In this document: positions 1-9,494 of the stretch, piece after piece
Numbering within the stretch: the stretch's first letter is position 1
Layout: each line of letters begins with the position of its first letter
Source of the DNA: a virus
DNA length: 64,000 nt
IMG/VR virus record: IMGVR_UViG_3300037549_000096
Direction: 5' to 3' (one strand)
Notes under the pieces: generated by a model
Databases searched by the model: none
Told to the model about the DNA's origin: nothing
What the model saw: only the letters and a program-made list of their open reading frames with translations
Translations under genes and position numbers: made by a program

Positions 1-291
1 GATAAGGGATTAGATAAAATTAAACGTAATTTAGCTAGTGGTCTTTCTTTAACAACAGAAGAGTTTAATGTTTATTCAAGTAAATTATTTAATATGGATA
101 AAGGGTTAGATGATACTATTAGAAAACAATATGAACAAAATCTAAAAGATGCTCAAGATCCTTCGGGAGCAGCTATTGAAACATTAAACCATATATTAAC
201 AAAAGTATATAATACAATGTCTGGTCACTCAGAAGCTAATACAGCTAAAGCTGGTGGTATAGTTGAAGCGTGGGACAAAAAGAAGAAATAA
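1..291 (+). CDS. C-terminal part of a gene entering from the left (possibly tape-measure-like)
   Basis: Frame is open from base 1 through the 94..291 ORF; TAA overlaps next ATG (TAATG at 289-293); product guess rests on context only. Confidence 0.5.
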   Translation, partial: DKGLDKIKRNLASGLSLTTEEFNVYSSKLFNMDKGLDDTIRKQYEQNLKDAQDPSGAAIETLNHILTKVYNTMSGHSEANTAKAGGIVEAWDKKKK

Positions 292-878
292 TGTCGGATA
301 ATGTAAATCAAGATATAGCTAAAAGAATATTAACAGAGCTTAACGCTCCGTTAAATGAGGCTAATCTTAAATTCTTAAATTCTTGGATGGCACAGGAAGG
401 TACTAAAGCTAAATATAATCCATTATCTTCAACGTTAACTGTTCCAGGTTCAACTAATTTTAATAAGAATAATGGTTATCCTGTACAGAATTATCCAGAT
501 ATAGAAACTGGCGCAAAAGCAATAGCTCGTACAATCTCTAGAGGATATCCAGAAATAAAAACAGGTTTAAGAACTGGTGATCCTTCTAAAATTGTGTTTT
601 CTAAAGAATTTCAAAAATGGTCAGGTACAACTGACGATTCATACTCTCAGGCTATAGCAAAACGATTAGGTATTCAAGGTAGTGGTTCTGTAGTATCGAC
701 TGATCCATATAAATCTAAAAAAGAACAAAAACCTGCTTCTGATTCATTTTTTGACCAATTTGGAAAACTAGAACCTATTTTAAAAAGTTTTCAAGCATTA
801 CCACAGGAAAAAATAAATGGATTAGGTAAATTTTTATTAAACGCTGGTAAAGGCAAATTAATTAATCCATTTAAATAG
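291..878 (+). CDS. Lysozyme/transglycosylase-like tail-associated protein
   Basis: WMAQEGTKAKYNPL...NFN...VQNYPDIETGAKAIARTI resembles a lysozyme-fold domain with candidate catalytic Glu; ATG 291 is coupled to the upstream stop. Confidence 0.55.
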   Translation: MSDNVNQDIAKRILTELNAPLNEANLKFLNSWMAQEGTKAKYNPLSSTLTVPGSTNFNKNNGYPVQNYPDIETGAKAIARTISRGYPEIKTGLRTGDPSKIVFSKEFQKWSGTTDDSYSQAIAKRLGIQGSGSVVSTDPYKSKKEQKPASDSFFDQFGKLEPILKSFQALPQEKINGLGKFLLNAGKGKLINPFK

Positions 879-886
879 GATATAAA

Positions 887-1624
887 ATGGCAGAGCCAAA
901 TCAAGATGCTATTAATACGGCTGTGGGTTTAATATCAGCTAGAGGTTTACAAACTATTGCTTTAAATTCTTTAGATATTAATTCTATATCTAGTAGTATT
1001 AATGTTAATCAAACTATGCCTTCTCCTACAGAAGCTAAGTTGTCTTCTACCGATTTTGCTTATAGGTATATGTCGTTAGATTCAACACAATCTTCAGAAG
1101 ATGGTTCTGATATAGCTTATTTAAGAGTCTTAAAATTTGTTAATGGAATGTTTGGTAAACAAGTATTTCCTATAAACTCTAATGGTAGTTTATCTAATTA
1201 TCAAGATTTTATTGTTACTAATACAAGTTCTGGAATGATAGAAAAAGCACAATTAATTAAAACTAATAAGACATTACAAATTTATGCTTTTGATTCACAA
1301 GTAGAAGTTTTAAATATACAAGGTGTATTAAAATCTACTATTGAAAATAATTGGGATATGGCGATGGTATTATTATGGGACGATTTACTTAGATTAACAA
1401 AATTAATTCAATTAGGATTAATAGTAGAGTTTGGTTATCAATCTAATGTATATTGGGGTTATCCGTTAAATTTTCAATATCAAAAATCTTCTAATATGCA
1501 ATATCTTGTATCTTACTCAATGCAGTTTGTTATTCTTAAAAGATCTGCTTTATTAAAAAATTCTATTCAATCGAAAATGATGAATGATTTAGCTCGACAG
1601 ATTAATACAGCGATTAATTCTTAA
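887..1624 (+). CDS. Putative tail/baseplate structural protein
   Basis: AGGA RBS; beta-rich C-half; lies between lysozyme-like and hub-like genes. Confidence 0.45.
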   Translation: MAEPNQDAINTAVGLISARGLQTIALNSLDINSISSSINVNQTMPSPTEAKLSSTDFAYRYMSLDSTQSSEDGSDIAYLRVLKFVNGMFGKQVFPINSNGSLSNYQDFIVTNTSSGMIEKAQLIKTNKTLQIYAFDSQVEVLNIQGVLKSTIENNWDMAMVLLWDDLLRLTKLIQLGLIVEFGYQSNVYWGYPLNFQYQKSSNMQYLVSYSMQFVILKRSALLKNSIQSKMMNDLARQINTAINS

Positions 1625-1633
1625 AGAGAAACT

Positions 1634-3784
1634 ATGTCATTTGTAACAGGTAATCCTCAATGGGTTTGTTTTATTAACGGTCTTGAGGTTCCTATTATAG
1701 CAGCTTCTACAACTACTCAATCGGGTGGTTTAGCTTCTGCTCAAATTACAATGGCTTATTCTCCGTTTTTATCTAAACTTCCTAAACATACTAAGATTAC
1801 ATTATTTTCTTTAGATTTAAATAGCAATAACGAACCATTGTTAGAATTTGATGGAACGATTCAGGGTATATCATGGCGACAAGATAAAGTTTCTGGTAAT
1901 ACTGGATTGTTTGTAATGGCTCAAACAGATGGATTAATATGGTCTGAACGAGAAAAATTTAATTTTTATATTGATGGAGGTTTTAGTCAAGCTCGATTAT
2001 TACAAACAACTAAAACTTATGAATCAAATAATTCTACATCAACGAGTCCAGTTACGGACCCTTTAGCATATATACTTAATTCAAACAATAACGACGCAGG
2101 TGAAGTAGTTTTATTATTATTAACTCATACATTTGAATTTAGTCAAGGTAATGTAGGTAAAATTAATTATACAGATTGTGGCTGGCATTTAACTAAAGAT
2201 AAAAATACTATTGATGAAGATGCTTCGGTAGATCCTTTATATTATGCTAATTATATTAAAAAATTCTATGAAGCTTTTAATGTTACTAGAAAATTATGCA
2301 GACTACCAATGCCTGATTCCTGGAAAAAAGCATTTCAGTTACAATACACTTGGTTATTGCTAACTAAACAAATACAACCCTTAGAAGGTAAAGTAAACTT
2401 CTGGAATTATGTAACTTATATTTGTGATATGTTTAATTTTGAAGTTTATGATATACCTGATGCTACGATGGCGACTATTTCCTCTTCTGATATAAATCAT
2501 ATTAATAATCATGGAAGTGGTAACAAAAATGGTCAATCGGTTCTTTCTGAGTATTTAATTAAACCTAAAACTCCGTTTGGTCCAATACCTTACTGTAATG
2601 TTGTTTTTCCTGATCAAGTTTTAGATAAGAGTTTCTTTAAAAATTATCAGAATGAAACCACTAGATGCTATACAGTTGTATCTACGTTTCCTGGTGCTAT
2701 TTCTACTCAAACAGCGGGTTTAGCTTATTCTGGATATACTGCACCTTATTTTCCTGATGATACGAATAATTATTTTGGATCATTTAATACTAAAATTCCT
2801 ATGTTTGATGCTTCTTCTACAGATAAACAATTCTTATTAAGAAGCGCATACGAAGATGAGTTTGGTGTAGCTTCAAAAGAGGTTATACTTCCTGATATTT
2901 TATCTAGACTTCTTACGACTATACCTAAAACTTTACCACAAGGTATGACACAGCAGGAATTTCTACAAAAGAATCAAGCTACATTACAAAATATGATGAA
3001 TGCTGAGTTTTTTACATCTTATACTGATAAGGTTTCTTTTACATTACAAGTAACTCCTGATGTTAATGTGGTTCCTGGTATGTCTATGTTAGTGTTAGAT
3101 GAAAATGATGATCATATGGTAGCTTATTGTTATGGTCGTGAAAAAATATGGGATAAAAACGGTCAACAAGTTATTAATTTAAAGTTAATGTATCCTCGAC
3201 ATTATTCATTACAAGCTGGGTTTGCTAATAATTATTTAAATACACTCGATCCTGTTTATTATAATTCTTCTTATAAACAAGATTTATCTATTTTATCGCA
3301 ATATATTGGTTGTGGTTTTCTAGATCAAAATAAGACTATTATACAAAACATTAATGAAATTATGACTAACTGGAATCAAATAGGTAAAAATACACCTTTA
3401 TTAACAAAAAGTGCTTTATATAAAAGAACACGTACTGCTTACTCTCAATATTTAAGTTTTTATAATGTTACTAGTCCTATTAAATATGATACCAATAATA
3501 GTTTTAACAAAATGGATCAAAATTTAATAATTCAATGGGATATTTCTACGACTATTGCTAACGCTCCTGCTTTACAATGGTCATGGGCTAAAGAAGGCTA
3601 TCAAAACAGACAAGATACAACTTGGTTAAACACAGCAAGTGATGGCACTTATTATCCTCCATGTTATAATCCTCCTTACAACGAGCTTAACACTCCCGGC
3701 CCCATCAAAGTCTCTCCTTACATCGCTGGTATCGTGAACTGTCATAATCGTTATTTAATGCAAGTTGGAAATAATATCTCATAA
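1634..3784 (+). CDS. Putative baseplate hub protein
   Basis: 716 aa; N-term CFINGLEVPI..ASAQITM..LLEFDGTI and C-term DVNVVPGMSMLV resemble hub (gp27/VgrG-like) proteins. Confidence 0.5.
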   Translation: MSFVTGNPQWVCFINGLEVPIIAASTTTQSGGLASAQITMAYSPFLSKLPKHTKITLFSLDLNSNNEPLLEFDGTIQGISWRQDKVSGNTGLFVMAQTDGLIWSEREKFNFYIDGGFSQARLLQTTKTYESNNSTSTSPVTDPLAYILNSNNNDAGEVVLLLLTHTFEFSQGNVGKINYTDCGWHLTKDKNTIDEDASVDPLYYANYIKKFYEAFNVTRKLCRLPMPDSWKKAFQLQYTWLLLTKQIQPLEGKVNFWNYVTYICDMFNFEVYDIPDATMATISSSDINHINNHGSGNKNGQSVLSEYLIKPKTPFGPIPYCNVVFPDQVLDKSFFKNYQNETTRCYTVVSTFPGAISTQTAGLAYSGYTAPYFPDDTNNYFGSFNTKIPMFDASSTDKQFLLRSAYEDEFGVASKEVILPDILSRLLTTIPKTLPQGMTQQEFLQKNQATLQNMMNAEFFTSYTDKVSFTLQVTPDVNVVPGMSMLVLDENDDHMVAYCYGREKIWDKNGQQVINLKLMYPRHYSLQAGFANNYLNTLDPVYYNSSYKQDLSILSQYIGCGFLDQNKTIIQNINEIMTNWNQIGKNTPLLTKSALYKRTRTAYSQYLSFYNVTSPIKYDTNNSFNKMDQNLIIQWDISTTIANAPALQWSWAKEGYQNRQDTTWLNTASDGTYYPPCYNPPYNELNTPGPIKVSPYIAGIVNCHNRYLMQVGNNIS

Positions 3785-3793
3785 GGATAACAA

Positions 3794-4066
3794 ATGTTTG
3801 ATATGATGACTCCAATTTCTCAAGCTAAAAAAGGAGATATCATTCTTCTTAAGAAATTGACTGAGGCTCAAGGTTATATTATCGATCATACTGTTCCTTT
3901 ATATTTTATAGAATTAGAAAAAGAGAAACAGTATGTGAAAGCTTCGTTAGATCCTGCTTTTGAAAAAGAAATTAAACTATCATTAAGAGCAATTAAACAA
4001 ATTACGTCACCCCTTGGAGTCTTTGTTTATAAAGCTGATCCAAGAGATATTGTTTATGGTCAATAA
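3794..4066 (+). CDS. Hypothetical protein
   Basis: AAGGA RBS, 90 aa. Confidence 0.6.
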   Translation: MFDMMTPISQAKKGDIILLKKLTEAQGYIIDHTVPLYFIELEKEKQYVKASLDPAFEKEIKLSLRAIKQITSPLGVFVYKADPRDIVYGQ

Positions 4067-4069
4067 AGT

Positions 4070-4092
4070 AAAACAAGCTTAACGCTTGTTTT
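4070..4092 (+). terminator. Intrinsic terminator
   Basis: AAAACAAGC-TTAAC-GCTTGTTTT hairpin just after the stop. Confidence 0.65.
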
Positions 4093-4109
4093 GTATACAT
4101 AAAAATCGC

Positions 4110-4138
4110 TTGACTTTCTTATTATGTAGTGCTATGCT
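4110..4138 (+). promoter_or_regulatory. Sigma70-like promoter with extended -10
   Basis: TTGACT-17 bp-TATGCT with TGn, upstream of the RNR N-half. Confidence 0.65.
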
Positions 4139-4164
4139 TTATATCCAATGTGAGAGGAATATAA

Positions 4165-5340
4165 ATGAAAGACGTTAATACCTTCTTTTCGAGAGAAATC
4201 GATCCTGGAATGGGCATGGCAGTAGCCAAACGTACCTATTTAAGAAAAAATGAGTGTTGGGCCGATGTAGCAATGAGAGTTTCTGAAGGTAATGCGTCTT
4301 TAGTACCGACTACTAGAGAAGAACAATTAGAATTAACGAAAGCTATTGCTAAAGCCTCTTTTCTTCCTGCTGGTAGACATTTACAGCATGGTGATCATAC
4401 TCAGAAAGACAGAAATATTGAAGTATTTAGTAATTGTTCAACTGCTAATTCTTCATTTATTAAGTTTTATTTACTTCTAAATGGTAGCGGTGTCGGAAGA
4501 ATGTATAACAATGACCTTATGTTGATTGATTGGCGTAATATGCCAGAGGTTATTATTATACTTAGTCCTGATCATCCTGATTTTAAAGAATTTATTGAAA
4601 CGATTTATCGTTCAAAGATTGATCAGACTCTTAGTAAGCTTGATCAGTTTGAACAAGGTTTTAATTTATACGTAAAAGACATTGAAAGAATTAATCCTTA
4701 CAATCAAAATAACGTACATTACGATGTAGAAGATTCACGCGAAGGTTGGGCAAAGGGTTTAGAGTTACTTGAAGTGATGGCTTATGAAAAACGGTCTAAT
4801 TCTCAATTAGTTTTAGATTTATCTAATGTAAGAGAACGAGGTAAACCTATTGGCGGAATGCAGAAACGTCCCGCGAGCGGCCCAGCACCATTAGCTTATG
4901 CTTATTGGAAGACTTCTCTCATTCGTAAAAATATCTTTACTTATTATGATGAATATTTAAAGCAAGAAATCTTCCGTGACCTCGGACCCATTGATCCGTG
5001 GTTCCAAACGATTCTGATAGATCACTATCAATCTGAATGCGTAGCAAACGGTGGCGCTAGACGGTCTGCTCGTATTTCGGTGAAGGTATGGACTGATTTA
5101 GGAATTTTAGATTTTATCAATCTTAAGCATAACTTCTTAAATAGTAATGGTGAATCAATTCTTTGGTCATCTAACAACAGCGTAGGAGTTGATTCAGAAT
5201 TTTGGGATTCTATTAAAGATGAAACTAGTCAAGCATATATTGTTTACCAAGCTATTATAGATGCTTCTTATGGTCATGGAACCGGCGAACCTGGTTTAAT
5301 TAATTTAGATAAATTAACAGCAAATGAGAGTGGAATATGA
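4165..5340 (+). CDS. nrdJ: Class II (AdoCbl) ribonucleotide reductase, N-terminal half of a split gene
   Basis: Motifs LPAGRHL, FSNCS, NGSGVG, DSREGW, ASGPAPL, GGARRSA, GEPGLI; ends before NPCGE. Confidence 0.85.
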   Translation: MKDVNTFFSREIDPGMGMAVAKRTYLRKNECWADVAMRVSEGNASLVPTTREEQLELTKAIAKASFLPAGRHLQHGDHTQKDRNIEVFSNCSTANSSFIKFYLLLNGSGVGRMYNNDLMLIDWRNMPEVIIILSPDHPDFKEFIETIYRSKIDQTLSKLDQFEQGFNLYVKDIERINPYNQNNVHYDVEDSREGWAKGLELLEVMAYEKRSNSQLVLDLSNVRERGKPIGGMQKRPASGPAPLAYAYWKTSLIRKNIFTYYDEYLKQEIFRDLGPIDPWFQTILIDHYQSECVANGGARRSARISVKVWTDLGILDFINLKHNFLNSNGESILWSSNNSVGVDSEFWDSIKDETSQAYIVYQAIIDASYGHGTGEPGLINLDKLTANESGI

Positions 5341-5609
5341 AAATGGATTCACATCCTGAGATTATTAAGATCAAATCAACTCAAATTGAAATGATTAATA
5401 ATTTCACAGGATTTAAATCTAAACCTAAGAGTGTTAAAGAGTCTATTATTATATTATTAAGACAATATAATATGTTAAATACTCGTGATGTTGAATTTGC
5501 TTTATCTCCTTATTTTCATTCAAGTGAAGTAGGTTTTGCGCTTAATGATTTAGTGTTTAACAGAATTGTTAAAAGCGATATGATAAAGGATATTTTATCA
5601 TTGAGGTAA
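5337..5609 (+). CDS. Hypothetical protein (possible winged helix)
   Basis: ATGA overlap with the nrdJ-N stop. Confidence 0.5.
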   Translation: MKMDSHPEIIKIKSTQIEMINNFTGFKSKPKSVKESIIILLRQYNMLNTRDVEFALSPYFHSSEVGFALNDLVFNRIVKSDMIKDILSLR

Positions 5610-5612
5610 ATC

Positions 5613-5816
5613 ATGTATGTTATTAATTATCAATGGGCGAAACTTTCTCCAATCAAATATGTTAATCCACATATAGGAAGTATAGTCTTTGGTGGTGATA
5701 AATGGGAAGCGATACCTCGTTTTTATTATGAAGAATCAAGAACAAAGTTTACTTCTCTAAAAGAAGCAATTAATTGGATGGAGGGATTACATGTTAACCA
5801 AAGCGCAAGCATCTAA
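5613..5816 (+). CDS. Hypothetical protein
   Basis: GAGG RBS, 67 aa. Confidence 0.55.
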   Translation: MYVINYQWAKLSPIKYVNPHIGSIVFGGDKWEAIPRFYYEESRTKFTSLKEAINWMEGLHVNQSASI

Positions 5817-6015
5817 TCACTATTATACAATTCTTTTACCTGAAAAATTTGAAGATGTTTGTAATAAACTTGAAGACTCATATAAGAAAATCGTTACGAA
5901 CAACTCTTTAAATAAACCTATTAAATTAATTTCTCATAATGGTATTGAGTATAAATTTAATCTTCCAATAGAATTAAGAGCATTCATCCTTGGTTTAAGT
6001 TTTAAAAAGGATTGA
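5791..6015 (+). CDS. Hypothetical protein
   Basis: GGAGG RBS, 74 aa. Confidence 0.55.
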   Translation: MLTKAQASNHYYTILLPEKFEDVCNKLEDSYKKIVTNNSLNKPIKLISHNGIEYKFNLPIELRAFILGLSFKKD

Positions 6016-6016
6016 T

Positions 6017-6190
6017 ATGACTTTTCTTGTTAATCTAATTAAGAAGATCATTAATTGGTTATTAAGTCTGTTTGGGTATAGTAACTTAGCTAAACCTTAT
6101 GTAACTTTAACGGTAGGATCATCTTATCGTAAAACCGCAGAGCAAGTAATACTAACCTTGGGTATTTCACAAAGAAAACCCACTAACTAA
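6017..6190 (+). CDS. 57-aa protein with amphipathic N-terminus (not in ORF track)
   Basis: AAGGA RBS; MTFLVNLIKKIINWLLSLFGYSNLAKPYVTLTVGSSYRKTAEQVILTLGISQRKPTN*; fills the gap. Confidence 0.6.
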   Translation: MTFLVNLIKKIINWLLSLFGYSNLAKPYVTLTVGSSYRKTAEQVILTLGISQRKPTN

Positions 6191-6201
6191 AGGAGCCTAA
6201 C

Positions 6202-6537
6202 ATGGCTACTAGCAATCTTCCTTATTCGGATCAAGTAATCGTTACCGCTACGTTCTTTGATGGCGTAACTCCTACTCCGAAAGAAGCTCCAGTTACTAAT
6301 GTAACTGCTACTATCGATGATACCGCTATTGCAACCATTGGCGTTGTTATTCAAGTTAGTCCTTCTCAGTATACTGTAGAAGTTATTGCTGTTGGTGCTT
6401 TAGGAAATGCAGTTTTAACTATCTCAGGTACTAATTCACAGGGTCAAGTCGTTAGTGCTACTCAGGATTTTAGTGTTGTTGAAAGTCCTGCTGCTTCTGT
6501 TGTTATTGTTGTTGGTACTCCCGTAGCTAAGTCATAA
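6202..6537 (+). CDS. Ig-like beta-sandwich protein
   Basis: AAGGAG RBS; V/T-rich strands, DDTAIATI..VIAVGALGNAVLTISG pattern typical of Ig-like domains. Confidence 0.6.
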   Translation: MATSNLPYSDQVIVTATFFDGVTPTPKEAPVTNVTATIDDTAIATIGVVIQVSPSQYTVEVIAVGALGNAVLTISGTNSQGQVVSATQDFSVVESPAASVVIVVGTPVAKS

Positions 6538-6545
6538 TTCAATGA

Positions 6546-6572
6546 TGGTGGAGAGATAATATCTCTCCACCA
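6546..6572 (+). terminator. Stem-loop / terminator
   Basis: TGGTGGAGAGAT-AAT-ATCTCTCCACCA perfect 12-bp inverted repeat. Confidence 0.6.
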
Positions 6573-6595
6573 ATCGTTTATTTCATGGAGTTAAA

Positions 6596-7030
6596 ATGTT
6601 AGTTGAGTTTATTCCTTTAGTTCATAACCCATTGCCGTTATTTTATGCGACATTATTAAGCTCTGGTATCGATCTTAGAGCTTATGTTAAGAGTCGTACT
6701 CTTACAGTTTATCCTAATCAAAGAGTTATTGTTGAGACTGGTTATAAATGTAAGTTAGATCCAGGTTTTGAAGGTCAGATTCGTTCTCGTAGTGGATTAG
6801 CTGCTAATAATGGTGTGATTGTTTTAAATGCGCCTGGAACGATTGACGCTGATTATGATGGACCTATTAAAGTAATTCTCTATAATACATCACCTGATCC
6901 ATTTCAGATTCAACACGGTGATCGAATTGCTCAGTTTGTCATCGTTCCGGTAGTAAGAGAAGATACTTATATGCCATTAGATGTAATTGAACGTGGAACT
7001 GGTGGCTTAGGATCTACGGGTGTAAAATGA
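6596..7030 (+). CDS. dut: Trimeric dUTPase
   Basis: SGIDLRA, RSRSGLA, GTIDADYDG, GDRIAQ, RGTGGLGSTG motifs. Confidence 0.95.
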   Translation: MLVEFIPLVHNPLPLFYATLLSSGIDLRAYVKSRTLTVYPNQRVIVETGYKCKLDPGFEGQIRSRSGLAANNGVIVLNAPGTIDADYDGPIKVILYNTSPDPFQIQHGDRIAQFVIVPVVREDTYMPLDVIERGTGGLGSTGVK

Positions 7031-7410
7031 ATGCAGTAGATTGGCGAGGATTGGAACGTATTATTATCGTATTAGCTGCGATGATTATTTCAATCCTTGG
7101 TTATCTATTATTCAAAGCAGGTATTACTAGCTATAATACAGTAGATGTAAAAACGTCGTTTGGTAAAATCATTATTTCAGGTACAGGTCCAGGTTTAAGT
7201 TTCATGATTTTTAGTGTATTTGTTTTAATTTATGCTATTAAAAGTGGTGGTGCTAGTGTTGTAACAGATGCTAAACTAAATCAAGTTACTGAAAGTTTAG
7301 ATACTCTTAAAAAATCGCATGAAAATTTAAAGACTCAAGTGTTAGGTAATAGTCAAGAGTTAAAATCAATAGAAACGTTAAAATCAGTTCGTCAACCACA
7401 GGAGAAATAA
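7027..7410 (+). CDS. Membrane protein, two TM segments plus coiled coil
   Basis: Two hydrophobic stretches and a heptad-like C-terminus. Confidence 0.6.
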   Translation: MNAVDWRGLERIIIVLAAMIISILGYLLFKAGITSYNTVDVKTSFGKIIISGTGPGLSFMIFSVFVLIYAIKSGGASVVTDAKLNQVTESLDTLKKSHENLKTQVLGNSQELKSIETLKSVRQPQEK

Positions 7411-7411
7411 C

Positions 7412-7867
7412 ATGGAAACTTACGTTGTCGGTTTTTGTTTTAATGAAGATAAATCCGAAGTAGCACTTATTAAGAAAACGCATCCAGAATGGCAGGCCGG
7501 GCTTTTCAATGGAATTGGAGGTCATGTTAATGAAGACGAAACACCTTTAGAAGCAATGCAACGAGAATTTAAAGAAGAAGCTGGTGTTGATACTGTTCTT
7601 ATTGATTGGCATTTATTTGCTGAGTTATCTGGTGATTATTTCCATTTATATTGTTTTAATTGTTTTGATGATGAAATTTTCAAAAACATTAAAACTTGCA
7701 CCGATGAATTTATTATACCGTTCCCTACAGCTTGTATTAAAATTAGAGATTCTAGATTCATTTCTAATCTATCCTGGTTATTAGGTATTTGTCTTGATGA
7801 AGATATGTCACGGATTAATGTACAAGCTACTTACGAAAATCTTGAAGCGTTAACCCAGGAGCGATAA
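7412..7867 (+). CDS. Nudix hydrolase
   Basis: Nudix box GGHVNEDETPLEAMQREFKEEAGV. Confidence 0.9.
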   Translation: METYVVGFCFNEDKSEVALIKKTHPEWQAGLFNGIGGHVNEDETPLEAMQREFKEEAGVDTVLIDWHLFAELSGDYFHLYCFNCFDDEIFKNIKTCTDEFIIPFPTACIKIRDSRFISNLSWLLGICLDEDMSRINVQATYENLEALTQER

Positions 7868-8211
7868 TGTCTATGATGGCTCTTGATTTTGACGGAACGC
7901 TTTGTGTTCATGCTTTTCCTGAAATTGGCGAAGTATTAGAGCAACATCTAAAAGTTCATGAAAGAGTTAGAAAGTTTAAAGAAAATGGTGGAATAGTCAT
8001 TCTCTGGACTTGTCGAGACGATAAAGAAGAAAGAGCTTATCTCACTGAAGCTGTTGAATGGTGTAAAAAACATAATATTCCTATTGATTATGCTAATTGT
8101 TATCCTAATCCTGGTTGGAGTGGTTTTGAGATTGGTGAAATAATCCCTTGTCGAAAAGTTTGTGCTGATGTTTATATTGATGATAAATGTTTGCATGTAG
8201 ATCATTGTTAA
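7867..8211 (+). CDS. HAD-superfamily phosphatase-like protein
   Basis: DFDGTL, ILWTCR, K..ADVYIDDK motifs. Confidence 0.8.
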   Translation: MSMMALDFDGTLCVHAFPEIGEVLEQHLKVHERVRKFKENGGIVILWTCRDDKEERAYLTEAVEWCKKHNIPIDYANCYPNPGWSGFEIGEIIPCRKVCADVYIDDKCLHVDHC

Positions 8212-8217
8212 GGGGAA

Positions 8218-8571
8218 GTGATGAATCGTGATCAGTTTAATAAATTAATCGATGAAACGTTTACTAAAATTAAAAATTTAAGCAATACTAAAGGTGAAGA
8301 ATATAGCGGACAGGAAGACGCTTTAGCTAATTTTAAACGTAATGCTGAAAGAATGGGTCTTGATCCTCTTCAAGTATGGTTCGTTTATACAGCTAAACAT
8401 TTTGATTCAGTTTCTACATTCATTAAAGATATTGCAAGTAATAAAGTAAGAAATTATAGTGAACCGATTGATGGTAGAGCCGATGATCTTATTGTTTATT
8501 TCTTAATTTTCAAAGCACTTTATAAAGAAAAACTAGAGCAGAATACTAAGGCTTTATCGGAGATTAGATAA
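8218..8571 (+). CDS. DUF1599/nucleotide-modification-associated helical protein
   Basis: KGEEYS..DALANF...E.I..R.DDLIVY pattern. Confidence 0.55.
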   Translation: MMNRDQFNKLIDETFTKIKNLSNTKGEEYSGQEDALANFKRNAERMGLDPLQVWFVYTAKHFDSVSTFIKDIASNKVRNYSEPIDGRADDLIVYFLIFKALYKEKLEQNTKALSEIR

Positions 8572-8575
8572 TAAA

Positions 8576-9433
8576 ATGTTATTACCTTTTAAATGGGTTG
8601 GTCTTAGTTTTAATAATTGTGAAATTATTAAACCTATTGATTTATCTAAAATTAAAGGTAAAGATTTTTATGAATGTAAATGTTATTGTGGAAAAGCTTT
8701 TAACGTTAGACCTTATGATTTAAGTTATAATAGAGTCAAATCATGTGGTTGTTTAAAAAGAAAGATCGTTAGTGATTTAGGTAAAAGTTTTAGAAAATAT
8801 AATTATTATAATTTTATTAATGAACAAACTAAAGCTCAAATACTTAGACCTGTAGATCCATTAAAAGAAAATAACATAGACGAATGGATTTGTTTATGCC
8901 CTTATCATGATCCGCCAGTAGAATTTATTAATATTCCTAGTAGTATTATATCTGGTGTAACTAAATCATGCGGTTGTCTTGCTCCTAAAAAAGCTAGTGA
9001 ACGTTTTATTTTATTTAATAAACAACAAAAATTAAATCGACATTTATTTAAAAATAAATGTATTTCTAAAAATATTTTAATACGTAATTTAATATATAAT
9101 CCAATAAAACATTTAATTTATAAACTTCATAAAACATGTGCATTATGTAATATAAACAAAACTGCTAATATTCATCATATTATCCCATTACATACAATTG
9201 ATCATAACGATATTACTACTTATTTAATAGCTTATGATATAAATAATCTAATTGGTTTATGTAAAGACTGTCATTGGTTAGCGCATGATTATGATGTTTA
9301 TTGTATTGATAAACCTATTCAGAAAGAATTACAAAATTTAGTAAAATCAAGAAAAGTTTCTAATAAATTAATGTTAGAATATAATAATATAATAGAAATA
9401 AGAATTAAACCCTATCTTAATAAATTAATATAA
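8576..9433 (+). CDS. HNH homing endonuclease
   Basis: CxCG..KSCGCL repeats; CALC..IHHIIP..NLIGLCKDCH; paralog of 47289..48374. Confidence 0.85.
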   Translation: MLLPFKWVGLSFNNCEIIKPIDLSKIKGKDFYECKCYCGKAFNVRPYDLSYNRVKSCGCLKRKIVSDLGKSFRKYNYYNFINEQTKAQILRPVDPLKENNIDEWICLCPYHDPPVEFINIPSSIISGVTKSCGCLAPKKASERFILFNKQQKLNRHLFKNKCISKNILIRNLIYNPIKHLIYKLHKTCALCNINKTANIHHIIPLHTIDHNDITTYLIAYDINNLIGLCKDCHWLAHDYDVYCIDKPIQKELQNLVKSRKVSNKLMLEYNNIIEIRIKPYLNKLI

Positions 9434-9441
9434 GATAGTTG

Positions 9442-9470
9442 TTGACATTTTATTTAATTTATGCGATACT
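9442..9470 (+). promoter_or_regulatory. Sigma70-like promoter with extended -10
   Basis: TTGACA-17 bp-GATACT with TGn, upstream of the RNR C-half. Confidence 0.7.
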
Positions 9471-9494
9471 TGTTATCACTCTTTGAGGTAGCTC

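Noticed and set aside
5341-9494. Group I/II intron or split intein joining the RNR halves
   Set aside because: The interval is almost fully coding with no room for a ribozyme core, there are no intein N- or C-terminal motifs at the break, and the C-half has its own promoter, RBS and upstream in-frame stop
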